Origin: an uncultured Actinomycetes bacterium
GTDB taxonomy: Bacteria > Actinomycetota > Acidimicrobiia > Acidimicrobiales > RAAP-2
DNA length: 64,000 nucleotides
Reading direction: 5' to 3'
Assembly: GCA_903847955.1 (NCBI GenBank)
Contig: CAINFA010000153.1
Location: 2,805 to 66,804, forward strand
Under the pieces are notes generated by a model. That model was not told where the DNA came from. It saw only the letters and a list, made by a program, of their open reading frames with translations, and ran no database searches. Of the stretch, positions 44,986-54,345 are shown one piece after another. Position 1 is the stretch's first letter. Every line of letters starts with the position of its first letter. The translations under genes were made by a program, and so were the position numbers.

Positions 44986-46176
44986 TCAGTGGGTGGTGAC
45001 CACCGAGGTGGTCGGGCGTCGGGCCGACATGGTGAAGAAGTCCCGGTTGAACCACGTGGCGAAGTAGCGGCTTGGCGAGGACACCATGTTGGGGTCGAGG
45101 GACGTCCCGTTCGCACCGTTCGCCGCACCGCCCGGAGGGTAGGTGTAGGTGGAGTACTGCACCCAGTCTTCGTTGATGTCGAGCTCCATGGCCCGCACCG
45201 CACCGGCTCGAATCAACACGTCCGCCAAGGTGTTGATCGACATGGCAGGGCCGCCGACGTAGACCAAGGCGCCGTTGGCCGTGATGCCCACCCCCGAGCG
45301 CCACGCGTAGACGTTGCCGTTGATGGTCGCGCCCCAGCTGAGGTTGTTGCTCACCGCCAGTCCGGGAACTGGCTTGCCCCCGTCGACGATGAGGTCGAGG
45401 TTCTGCCGAACTGACTGCACCCGCGGGGTCATCGCCACTTCGGTCCCCCACGCACCAATGGCGGTCGACCCGTCGTTGTAGATCACGAACGACGCCGCTC
45501 CTGGACGCAAGGGGAGCACCGTCTTGCCATCGGTGTAGTAGCCACCTTGGGCGTCTTGCATCCGGAAGCCAGCGTTGAAGGCCGCCACGAGCGACGTTGC
45601 CGCCACTGGGCTGACCGGTGCGGTGTGGGTGTAGGGCCCACCCCCTGGGATGAAGCTGCCTGAGTACAACGCCGCTGACAGCAGCTTGGTGTCCATCCAG
45701 GCGATCGAGGCGGTGTAGCTGGTGTGGACGGCGTCAACCCGGACCACGGCCTTGAGCACTGCTGGTTGCCCCTCGACAGAGCGGCCAACCGGCTGCCACA
45801 CGCCCTCGCCTGGGAGCGGGGGTTGCGCCGGGGAGATCACCCGATGCGGCAGCGGTAGTCCGATGAGGGGGTTCACCACCAACTTCTTCGTCGGCACCGA
45901 GATCTGCCCGGCACCTGGACGGCCGCCCACAGAGGGTGGGTGGCTGCGGTACCACCAGTTCTCGACGTCGGTCACGAGGCTGCCTGCCCCGTGCTCTCTC
46001 GCCCACTCTGCTGCCCTGGACGACATCGACGAGCCATACGCCGGGTCCACGAGGTAGCCCCCCAAGGAGAACGACGCGATGGCCACGAAGACGACGAGCA
46101 CCCCGAGCACCCCCACTGCGGCGCGGCGGAGCCCGTAGCGGGCGTCAGTTCTCTTCCGGTGTTTGGCCCCTGGCAT
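44986..46176 (-). CDS. Membrane-anchored phosphodiester glycosidase-like (NAGPA/DUF2233) protein
   Basis: N-terminal TM anchor (AAVGVLGVLVVFVAIASF). The C-terminus WRSGVGITANGALVYVGGPAMSINTLADVLIRAGAVRAMELDIN resembles the NAGPA-family end. ATG 46176 sits 9 nt after GAGAGGAG; the alternative is GTG 46182. Confidence 0.6.
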   Translation of the reverse strand: MPGAKHRKRTDARYGLRRAAVGVLGVLVVFVAIASFSLGGYLVDPAYGSSMSSRAAEWAREHGAGSLVTDVENWWYRSHPPSVGGRPGAGQISVPTKKLVVNPLIGLPLPHRVISPAQPPLPGEGVWQPVGRSVEGQPAVLKAVVRVDAVHTSYTASIAWMDTKLLSAALYSGSFIPGGGPYTHTAPVSPVAATSLVAAFNAGFRMQDAQGGYYTDGKTVLPLRPGAASFVIYNDGSTAIGAWGTEVAMTPRVQSVRQNLDLIVDGGKPVPGLAVSNNLSWGATINGNVYAWRSGVGITANGALVYVGGPAMSINTLADVLIRAGAVRAMELDINEDWVQYSTYTYPPGGAANGANGTSLDPNMVSSPSRYFATWFNRDFFTMSARRPTTSVVTTH

Positions 46177-46220
46177 CTGCACTGGCTCCTCTCACAACAG
46201 TGCGGGTAGCACGCTAGTAA

Positions 46221-48686
46221 CTACAGACGCCGCAAGGGCGCCACCGACAGCAGCAGGTTCTTGTCCCCCACCGACCCGAAGCGGACCTTGGCCGCTGCCA
46301 AGTCTCCCGACCCTTGGGTGGACAGCACGACTCCCTCCCCCCATCGATCGTGCAGGACGCGATCACCTGCTTGGAGCCCCAGGCGTTCAGCACCAGCCTT
46401 GGAGACCGGAGCCGGGGGACGGTGGAAGCTCGGCGATGTCGAGGGCCGGCCTTGGCCGAAGACCCGTCCGCCGTCTCGATCGTCGGGCCGTTCGAAGATC
46501 GGATCGTCGAGGTCGTAGCGCCGGGGTCTTGGCATCGAGGCAGTGCCCAGCTTGGTGGTCAGCTCCTCGGGGATCTCGAGCAGGAATCGACTCGGGGACT
46601 CGGTCTGGACCGTCGGCGTCCGATCACCGCCGAAGCGGAAGCGGCGCTCGGCGTGGCTCAAGGTGAGGTGCCGCCGTGCCCGGGTGATGCCGACGTAGGC
46701 CAGCCGACGCTCCTCTTCGAGCCGGTCCTCATCGTCTCGTGAGCCGTAGTGGGGGAAGGTGCCCTCCTCCATCCCCGAGAGGTAGACCGCCGGGAACTCG
46801 AGGCCCTTGGCGACGTGGAGCGTCATCAAGCTGACCCGGGCCGAGCCGTCGAGGTCGTCTTGGGCCGAGGTCAACGCTGCGGACTCCAAGAAGTCCTCAA
46901 TCCGCTCGAGCGCCCCATCAGCTTCCATCTGGGCCACCGAGGTCACGAGTTCACGGAGGTTCTCGAGCCGCGACTCGGCGTCGACGCTCTGCTCTGCCAG
47001 CAGCTCGTCTTCGAAGCCCGAGCGAACGAGCACCTCGGCCAACAGCTCAGAGGGCCGAAGCTCACCCAACGCACCTCGCAGCACCTCGAGCATCTCGGCC
47101 AGCTCGCCACAGCCCACGAGCGCCTTGCCCGACAGCCCGGCCTGTTTGGCCTCGGCGATGGCATGGGCGAAGGTCACGCCGTTGGATGCGGCGTAGGTCC
47201 CGAGCTTGGCCACCGAGGTCGCCCCAATGCCGCGACGCGGCACGTTGATGATGCGCCGGGCCGAGACCTCGTCGTCGGGGTTGACGATGAGCCGAACGTA
47301 GCTGAGCAGGTCCCGGATTTCGCGTCGGTCGTAGAACCGGGTGGCCCCCACCAGCTTGTGGGGGATCTTGGCTCGGTTGAACTCCTCTTCGAGCACCCTC
47401 GACTGGGCGTTGGTCCGGTAGAACACGGCCACGTCGTCGAAGTTGAGCCCGTCACGGGTGGTGTGCCGCAGCACATCGGCCGCGATCCAGCTGGCCTCGT
47501 CGCGTTCATCCATGGCGCCGTAGACGACGATCTTGTCGCCCTGGCCCTCGTCGGTGAAGAGTCGCTTGACCACCCGGCTGGCGTTGTTGGCGATGACCGC
47601 GTTCGCTGCGTCCAAGATGGTCTGGGTGGAGCGGAAGTTCTGCTCGAGCACCACCACCTCGGCGTCGGGGAAGGTCTGCTCGAACTCCAAGATGTTGCGG
47701 ATGTCCGCTGCCCGGAACCGGTAGATCGACTGGTCGGAGTCACCCACCACGCACACGTTGCGGTGCACCGCACCGAGGCGCAGCACGAGCTCGTTCTGGG
47801 CTCGGTTGGTGTCTTGGAACTCGTCGACCAAGATGTGCCGGAAGCGGTCGGCGTAGTGGGCCCGGACCTCGTCGAAGCGGCCGAAGAGTTCAACTGGCTT
47901 CATCAACAGGTCATCGAAGTCCACCGCCGAAGCCGCCAGCAACCGTCGCTCGTACTCGGCGTACACCTGGCCGATCTGGTCTTGGAAGGGACCTTGGAAG
48001 ACCTGGCGGTCACCCATGAACAGCTCGGGGGTCACGAGGTTGGCCTTGGCGAAGGAGATCCGGCCAGCCACCATGCGAGGCGTGATCCGCTTGGGGTCGA
48101 GGTCGCGCTCGCGCAAGATCTCTTGGAGGAGCCGCCGCGAGTCGGTGTCGTCGTACAGCGTGAGCCGTTGGCGGTAGCCCAGTCGAGGTGCTTCTTGCTG
48201 GAGGATGCGGAAGAACGCCTTGTGGAAGGTCATGACCCACATGCGGCGTGCCTCGTCGCCAACCAGGTCCACCAGCCGCTCGACCATCTCGTTGGCGGCC
48301 TTGTTGGTGAAGGTGATGGCCAGCACCTCGTGGGGTTTGGCATCGCCGGTGGCCAGCAGGTGGGCGATCCGGCGCGTGAGGACTCGGGTCTTGCCCGAAC
48401 CCGCACCAGCGACCACGAGCAGCGGGCCACCGCGGTGCTCCACCGCCCGTCGCTGCGGCGCCGTTAGCCCCTCGACGAGTTGGTCGGGGTCGAGTGGCCC
48501 CCGTCGGGCACCTACGTGGGTCCGCAGGCTGGCGAAGAGGTCGTCGGGGGTGGGGTTGGTCACAGGAGAGGCCCGGCACCGCGTTGGTGGCGGTGAACGG
48601 ATGACCATCGTAGTTGGCGGGACCTCGCTCCTCGCCGACCCCACGGGCCAGAACGGCCAAGCCTTCACTCCAGCGTGCACAGGCAC
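46221..48686 (-). CDS. pcrA: ATP-dependent DNA helicase PcrA/UvrD family
   Basis: LLVVAGAGSGKTRVLTRRIAHL, AITFTNKAANEM, ILVDEFQDTN, VGDSDQSIYRFRAA, LEQNFRST, SLMTLHVAKGLEF, EEERRLAYVGITRA, and the C-terminal HDRWGEGVV...KVRF tail. The start is uncertain (48686, 48608 or 48563). Confidence 0.9.
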   Translation of the reverse strand: MPVHAGVKAWPFWPVGSARSEVPPTTMVIRSPPPTRCRASPVTNPTPDDLFASLRTHVGARRGPLDPDQLVEGLTAPQRRAVEHRGGPLLVVAGAGSGKTRVLTRRIAHLLATGDAKPHEVLAITFTNKAANEMVERLVDLVGDEARRMWVMTFHKAFFRILQQEAPRLGYRQRLTLYDDTDSRRLLQEILRERDLDPKRITPRMVAGRISFAKANLVTPELFMGDRQVFQGPFQDQIGQVYAEYERRLLAASAVDFDDLLMKPVELFGRFDEVRAHYADRFRHILVDEFQDTNRAQNELVLRLGAVHRNVCVVGDSDQSIYRFRAADIRNILEFEQTFPDAEVVVLEQNFRSTQTILDAANAVIANNASRVVKRLFTDEGQGDKIVVYGAMDERDEASWIAADVLRHTTRDGLNFDDVAVFYRTNAQSRVLEEEFNRAKIPHKLVGATRFYDRREIRDLLSYVRLIVNPDDEVSARRIINVPRRGIGATSVAKLGTYAASNGVTFAHAIAEAKQAGLSGKALVGCGELAEMLEVLRGALGELRPSELLAEVLVRSGFEDELLAEQSVDAESRLENLRELVTSVAQMEADGALERIEDFLESAALTSAQDDLDGSARVSLMTLHVAKGLEFPAVYLSGMEEGTFPHYGSRDDEDRLEEERRLAYVGITRARRHLTLSHAERRFRFGGDRTPTVQTESPSRFLLEIPEELTTKLGTASMPRPRRYDLDDPIFERPDDRDGGRVFGQGRPSTSPSFHRPPAPVSKAGAERLGLQAGDRVLHDRWGEGVVLSTQGSGDLAAAKVRFGSVGDKNLLLSVAPLRRL

Positions 48687-48724
48687 TTCCCCTGGCTTCA
48701 GATTTGGTCTAGCGTCGATCGGCT

Positions 48725-50479
48725 GTGCGCCAACTCCCCCTCGCTGACCCAGGCACCCCTGACCTGCGCTCCCCGACCCGCTACCTGTGGTGGCTGGCGC
48801 GCCAGCAGCTGTCCACCCTCGGCGGTGGGCTCATCTTCGGCATCACCTGGATGCTGGCGCAGGCCCTGACCCCCGCCGCCATTGGCCAGGGCGTCAACGC
48901 GCTGGTGAGCTACACCGACGCCACCGGACGTGTCCGACGAGACCACACCGAGGTGCCTCCCGAGGTGCTCCACCACGTCCACGACCAGCTCTGGCTGTGG
49001 TCAGGTGCGGTGGTGGCGCTCGCGGTCATCATGGCGGCCTCAGGGGTCATCCGGCACCGGTTCGCCGTGTCGAACTGGCTCGTGGCCGCCTTCCGGACCG
49101 CCCAGCTGCTGGGCGAGCACCTGTGTGCTGCCCCCGTCCCGATCACCGCGACCATCCCCACCGGAGATGTGGTCAACACCATGGCCTCTGATGCGATGCG
49201 CATTGGTGGCGCCTACGACGTGATTGCTCGTTTCGTCGGCTCCATCGTCGCCTACTTGGTGGTGGCGATCATCATGTTCCAGTCCTCGGTGATCTTGGGC
49301 CTCATCGTGGCCATCGGCGTGCCGGTCCTCGTCGGGGTGGTTTCGCCGCTCATCAAACCGATGCAGGTCCGCCAGTTGGCGGTGCGCGAGCAGGCGGGCA
49401 AGCTGACCGCCGTCGGGGCCGACACCGTGGCGGGTCTGCGGATCTTGCGAGGGATCGGCGGCGAGGCGGTGTTCCTCGACCGCTACCGCAGCCGCTCCCA
49501 GGCGGTGCGAGCAGCCGGAGTCGCCGCGGCCACCCCCCAAGCCCTGCTCGACACCGCGCAGATCGCGCTGCCAGCCGTGTTCATCTTGATCGTCACCTTC
49601 GTGGGGGCGCACCTGACCCTCACCCACCAGCTCTCGGCCGGCGCGCTCGTCGCCTTCTACGGCTACGCCGTCTTCCTCGTCACCCCCATCCGCACCGCCA
49701 CCGAGTTCGTCGAGAGGATCACCCGAGCCCAGGTGGGTGCGGGCAAGGTCATCAGGGTCCTCGAGATCGCGCTCCCCACACCTCCCGCCGAGCCTGCCGA
49801 GTCCCCACCGGTGGGTGCGGACCTGGCCGACGTCGTCACCGGCCTCGTCGTCGGTGGTGGCGAGTGCATCGGCCTCGTGGGCACCGATCCCGATGCCACC
49901 ATGGCGGTGGCGGAGCGGCTCGGGGGGTTCGCTGCGCCCGCTGGCACCTTCGGCGAGGTGTCGTTGACCGCGTTGGCCACCGAGGAGATCCGGCGACGCA
50001 TCGTGGTGTCAGAGACCGAACCCAGGCTCTTCTCGGGTCCGCTGCGTACCGAGCTGTCTGAAGACGCCACCGATGAAAGGTTGCGTGAGGCCCTCGAGGT
50101 GGCTGCAGCCACCGAGGTCATCGAGGGCCTCCCCGACGGCCTCGACGAGATTGTCGAAGAGCGCGGACGAGGGTTCTCCGGTGGGCAACGGCAGCGGCTG
50201 ACCTTGGCCCGCGCCCTACTCAAGGGCGACGAGGTCCTCATCCTCATCGAGCCCACCTCGGCGGTCGACGCCCACACCGAGGCCGCCATCGCCGCCAAGC
50301 TCCGCGCCGCCCGGCTCGGTCGGACCACGGTGGTGGTGACCTCCTCGCCGCTGCTGCTCGACCACTGCGACCGGGTGGCGTACTTCATCGGCGATGACCT
50401 GGTCGCCACCGGCACCCACCGGTCACTGCTCAGCACCGAGCCTCGCTACGCCGGCACGGTGCTCCGGGGGGAGGGCTAG
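48725..50479 (+). CDS. ABC exporter half-transporter (TMD-NBD) with degenerate nucleotide-binding domain
   Basis: A six-TM exporter domain precedes the NBD. Walker A reads GLVGTDPDATMAV (no GK[ST]), the signature FSGGQRQR is intact, Walker B is LILIEPTS (Asp replaced), and the H-loop region is VVVTSSPLL (no His). Confidence 0.85.
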   Translation: MRQLPLADPGTPDLRSPTRYLWWLARQQLSTLGGGLIFGITWMLAQALTPAAIGQGVNALVSYTDATGRVRRDHTEVPPEVLHHVHDQLWLWSGAVVALAVIMAASGVIRHRFAVSNWLVAAFRTAQLLGEHLCAAPVPITATIPTGDVVNTMASDAMRIGGAYDVIARFVGSIVAYLVVAIIMFQSSVILGLIVAIGVPVLVGVVSPLIKPMQVRQLAVREQAGKLTAVGADTVAGLRILRGIGGEAVFLDRYRSRSQAVRAAGVAAATPQALLDTAQIALPAVFILIVTFVGAHLTLTHQLSAGALVAFYGYAVFLVTPIRTATEFVERITRAQVGAGKVIRVLEIALPTPPAEPAESPPVGADLADVVTGLVVGGGECIGLVGTDPDATMAVAERLGGFAAPAGTFGEVSLTALATEEIRRRIVVSETEPRLFSGPLRTELSEDATDERLREALEVAAATEVIEGLPDGLDEIVEERGRGFSGGQRQRLTLARALLKGDEVLILIEPTSAVDAHTEAAIAAKLRAARLGRTTVVVTSSPLLLDHCDRVAYFIGDDLVATGTHRSLLSTEPRYAGTVLRGEG

Positions 50480-52221
50480 TGGCGACCCCCCTTCCCATCG
50501 CCTCGGCAACCGAGACACGCGCCCAAGCCTTGGGCTACATCAAGCGCCACGTGCGCGGCTTCGCCTCCATCGTGAGCACCCAAGCCGTCGCTGCGGTCTG
50601 CGGGCTCGTGGGGCCCTTCATCTTGGGCGACCTCGTCAACCAGCTCGGCGACGGCCGCCTCTCGAGGAGCTCGATCACCACGGCCATTTCCATCTTGGCC
50701 ATCGCGCTCGTCCTCCAGAGCACCTTCACCTTCTTGACCCGACGTGCCAGCTACGTGCTCGGCGAGGAGGTGTTCGCCGAGCTGCGGGAGAACTTCTTGG
50801 CCAAGCTGCTCGACCTGCCGTTGTCGGTGGTTGAGCGAGCCGGCACCGGCGACCTGTTGGCGCGAACCACCAACGACATGGACGCACTGGCCTACACGGT
50901 GCGCTTCGCCGTGCCCGAGTCGCTCGTGGCGCTCGTGACCATCGGGGTCACCATCACCGCCGTGGTTCTGACCCTGCCCGTGATGGGGTTGGTCTGCCTC
51001 ACCGGGGTGCCGCTGCTGTTCATCGGGACGAGGTGGTACCTCAAGCGGGCGCCGGCGAGCTACGCCCACGAGCGCGCCAGCTACGCCCAGATGTCGGGCA
51101 CCTTCTCTGAGACCGCAGACGGAGCCAGGACCGTCGAAGCCCTCGGCTTGGGCGCACGCCAACGCCGCCGGCTGCACGGCGACCTCGCCAATGCCTTCCA
51201 CTGGGAGCGCCGCAACCTCTACCTCCGCTGCTGCTGGTTCCCCTTCGTCGACGCCGGCCTGTCGATCCCAACGGCGCTCAGCTTGTTGCTCGGAGGCTTC
51301 TTGGTCTTCTCAGGACACGCCAACGTCGGCCAGATCACCTCGGTGACCCTGTACGTCCAGCAGCTCTCCGACCCTCTCGACCGACTCTTGAGCTGGCTCG
51401 ATGAGCTGCAGATCGGCACCTCGGCCTTGGCACGGCTCTTCGGCGTAGCGCTCGTCGGTGACGACCGCAGCCCGGGAGACGAGGTCCCCGTCGATGAAGC
51501 CGTCGCCGCCCACGGCGTCCACTACAGCTACCGACCCGGACACGACGTGCTGGTCGACGTCGACCTGGCGCTCACCCCCGGTGAGCGGGTGGCCATCGTG
51601 GGGCCTTCGGGGGCCGGCAAGTCGACGCTCGGCCGCCTCCTCGCTGGCATCGACGGCCCTCGGCTCGGCCGGGTGGAGGTCGGCGGGGTGCCTCTGCTGG
51701 ACCTGCCCCTCGACGACCTGCGGGGACACGTGGCCCTCGTGACCCAAGAGCACCACATCTTCATCGGCACCTTGGCCGACAACCTCCTCTTGGCCCGCCC
51801 CGGTGCCGACGAAGCCACCCTGCTCGACGCCCTCGAGGCGGTCGATGCCCAGCAGTGGGCCCTGGCGCTGCCGCAAGGCCTCGCCACCGAGGTCGGCACC
51901 GCCGGCTTCCAGCTCTCGCCATCCCAAGCCCAGCAGCTGTCGCTCGCCCGCCTCGTCCTCGCTGATCCGCACACCTTGGTGCTCGACGAAGCCACCTCCT
52001 TGCTCGACCCGAGGGCAGCGCGCCACTTGGAGCGGTCGCTGTCAGCCGTGGTGGAGGGTCGCACGGTGGTCGCCATCGCCCACCGGCTCCACACCGCCCA
52101 CGATGCCGACCGGGTAGCGGTCGTCGAGCGCGGGAAGATCTCCGAGTTCGGCACCCACGATGAACTCCTCGCCCTCGGCGGCTCCTACGCCGCCCTGTGG
52201 GCCAGCTGGCGCGACGAGTAG
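50479..52221 (+). CDS. ABC exporter half-transporter (TMD-NBD), canonical ATPase site, degenerate signature
   Basis: Walker A GPSGAGKST, Walker B LVLDEATSLLD, H-loop AIAHRL, and signature LSPSQAQQ instead of LSGGQ. The GTG shares 1 nt with the upstream TAG. Confidence 0.9.
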   Translation: MATPLPIASATETRAQALGYIKRHVRGFASIVSTQAVAAVCGLVGPFILGDLVNQLGDGRLSRSSITTAISILAIALVLQSTFTFLTRRASYVLGEEVFAELRENFLAKLLDLPLSVVERAGTGDLLARTTNDMDALAYTVRFAVPESLVALVTIGVTITAVVLTLPVMGLVCLTGVPLLFIGTRWYLKRAPASYAHERASYAQMSGTFSETADGARTVEALGLGARQRRRLHGDLANAFHWERRNLYLRCCWFPFVDAGLSIPTALSLLLGGFLVFSGHANVGQITSVTLYVQQLSDPLDRLLSWLDELQIGTSALARLFGVALVGDDRSPGDEVPVDEAVAAHGVHYSYRPGHDVLVDVDLALTPGERVAIVGPSGAGKSTLGRLLAGIDGPRLGRVEVGGVPLLDLPLDDLRGHVALVTQEHHIFIGTLADNLLLARPGADEATLLDALEAVDAQQWALALPQGLATEVGTAGFQLSPSQAQQLSLARLVLADPHTLVLDEATSLLDPRAARHLERSLSAVVEGRTVVAIAHRLHTAHDADRVAVVERGKISEFGTHDELLALGGSYAALWASWRDE

Positions 52222-52228
52222 ACACGGC

Positions 52229-54262
52229 TCAGTCCTCGAGGAGGGTGGCTGCGCCTCCGGTGGTGGTGCCAGCACCGAGCACACACCGCACCGCTGCACA
52301 CGAGGCGGCGCGGAGGCTGGTCACCCCAGGGGGCACCGAGGTGACCATGCCGACCACCGCCGCGTTGCTCGTGCGCAGCACGAGCGGGGCGCCACCGGTG
52401 CTCATCCCCACCGCAGTGCACGAGGCCAAGGTGGCGCAGCTCACCGCTCCGAGCGGTCCGACGGTCGCTGGCACCCCGAGGCGCACCCAGGTGCGTGCCC
52501 CTGGGGGTAGCCGCAGCAGGAGCCCATGGCCAGCGGCGCCCTGGCCAGCGGCCATGCAGGCAGAGCCCACGCAGCTGAGGGCGCTGAGGCCCACCACGCC
52601 CGATGGCAGCCCGAGGGCAGTCCAGGTGCTCCCGGCATCGCTCGAGGTGGCAGTGGCCACCGCACCCGCAGCGGTCCGCCCGACCGCCAGGCACCGCAGA
52701 GGGGTGCAGCTGAGCCCGGTGACCTGCACGAGGAACGGTGGAGCCGAGGCCGTCTGCCACGTCAACCCGCCATTGCTCGACCGGTCGATCCCAGCCCCTG
52801 TGGGTGTCGCGGTGCCACCGGCGAGGCACCGCCGGCCAGCGCAGCTGATGGCGTTGAGATGCTCGATGCCCACGACGCCGACGATCTGGAAGCTCTGCCC
52901 GGCAGTGGTGGTCACCGCAACCACCGAGGGACCTGCTGGTCGCTGGGCCACCACGAGGCACTGGGTGCTGCTCGAGCAACTGGACGCACCCAGTGCCCTC
53001 ACGCCTGTCAGGGCACGGACCGTCCAACCTGCACCTCCCGTCGTGCTCACCATGATGGCGACCGACCCATCGGCACCGGTGGCGCTCGGTGCCACGCACG
53101 TCTGCCCCATGCACGTCATCGATGCCGGCAGCCCAGCGGTCGCGGGCAGCACTCCTGGGCTCCAGGTCGCACCACCGCTCGTGCTCACCGCGGCGCCGAG
53201 GAGATCTGAGCCGCCTCCGGTCGCCCCCGCAACGACGCACTGCTGGGCGGTGGGGCACGCCAGCGCGTCGATGCCAGTCATGGGCCGGACCGCCACCGGC
53301 GTGGTGGTGACCCCCGTCACGCTCACCGTCGCGCTCGCGGGCGAGCCGGCGTGGTCGTAGCCGGCAATCGAGCACGTCGTGGCCAAGGGCGCGCACGCCA
53401 CCGCCGAGAGGTTGAGGAAGCGCTGGTCCTCCTGCGCTCCCCAGCTCACCCCGCCATCTGTACTGCTGAGCAGCGCACCTTGGGCGCGGTGGGCAGCGCC
53501 CTCCTCACCCACCGCCACGCACGTCGTGGCGGAGGTGCAGCTGACCGCATTGATCCCAGCCAAGTTCCCGATCACCCCGGTGAGGCTCGCGAGCTGCCAC
53601 GTGGTCCCCGAGGTGGCGGAGCTGAGCAGCACCGCCGCCGTGCCCGATGGCGTCACGCCCGCAGCCACGCAGGTGCCATCGGCGCCACAGCTCACTGCGT
53701 TCAGCGCACCAGCGGCGGGCGGCGGTGACACCTCGGACCAACTCTGGCCGGCGTCGGCGGAGGTGAGCACCACCGCACTCGTGACCCCCAGACCAGGTGC
53801 AGCCGCACTCCCCACCGCAACGCAGCTCGTGGCGTTCGTGCAGCTCACCGACTCGAGCGCTGCCGCAGCCGGAGTTGGCGCACTGCTCCAGCTCTGCCCG
53901 CCATCGATGGACCGCACGATCTCCGCCGTGCCGAAACCCGGGGCGAGCTCACCCACCCCGAGGCAGAGGCCCGCGGTGGGGCAGGTCACGCCGAGGAGCG
54001 CTCGCAGTCCGAGCCCGGGGACCGCCGTCCTCCAGTGGCTACCACCGTCGCTCGAGGTCGCCACCACCCCTGCGCTGCCCGCGGTTCCCACCGCCACGCA
54101 GTGCCCGATGCTCGAGCAGCTGAGGTCTGAGAACGTGCCGGTCGGCCCGAGGGTGCTGGAGGTCACCACGAGCGCTCCAGGGGCCGCGGCCGCCGCGCCC
54201 CCGAGGCCAAGGAGAACAGAGACCGCTGCGAGCAGTGCGGCGAGGATTCGGCGAGAGACCAT
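52229..54262 (-). CDS. Secreted 14-repeat Asp-box (BNR-like) propeller protein with one Cys-x(4-6)-Cys pair per repeat
   Basis: ATG 54262 gives the signal peptide MVSRRILAALLAAVSVLLGLGGAAAAAP. Fourteen ~45-aa units follow, of the type [LV]SC-x(4-6)-C[VL]AVG...SxDGGxSW (e.g. LSCSSIGHCVAVG..SSDGGSHW, VSCTNATSCVAVG..SADAGQSW). The track ORF to 54613 is over-extended. Confidence 0.7.
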   Translation of the reverse strand: MVSRRILAALLAAVSVLLGLGGAAAAAPGALVVTSSTLGPTGTFSDLSCSSIGHCVAVGTAGSAGVVATSSDGGSHWRTAVPGLGLRALLGVTCPTAGLCLGVGELAPGFGTAEIVRSIDGGQSWSSAPTPAAAALESVSCTNATSCVAVGSAAAPGLGVTSAVVLTSADAGQSWSEVSPPPAAGALNAVSCGADGTCVAAGVTPSGTAAVLLSSATSGTTWQLASLTGVIGNLAGINAVSCTSATTCVAVGEEGAAHRAQGALLSSTDGGVSWGAQEDQRFLNLSAVACAPLATTCSIAGYDHAGSPASATVSVTGVTTTPVAVRPMTGIDALACPTAQQCVVAGATGGGSDLLGAAVSTSGGATWSPGVLPATAGLPASMTCMGQTCVAPSATGADGSVAIMVSTTGGAGWTVRALTGVRALGASSCSSSTQCLVVAQRPAGPSVVAVTTTAGQSFQIVGVVGIEHLNAISCAGRRCLAGGTATPTGAGIDRSSNGGLTWQTASAPPFLVQVTGLSCTPLRCLAVGRTAAGAVATATSSDAGSTWTALGLPSGVVGLSALSCVGSACMAAGQGAAGHGLLLRLPPGARTWVRLGVPATVGPLGAVSCATLASCTAVGMSTGGAPLVLRTSNAAVVGMVTSVPPGVTSLRAASCAAVRCVLGAGTTTGGAATLLED

Positions 54263-54345
54263 GAGCGCTCCGAGCGACACGGTGGCGCCGTTCGGCCCAC
54301 CACGGCTGCTCAATCTACAAGGACACCAACCAACGGGGCCCGGCA

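Noticed and set aside
44974-44988. Palindrome TGACCA-GCG-TGGTCA between the LysE-type gene and the convergent glycosidase-like gene
   Set aside because: Its arms are the two convergent stop codons plus 3 nt each. A 6-bp stem is too weak to call a terminator with confidence.
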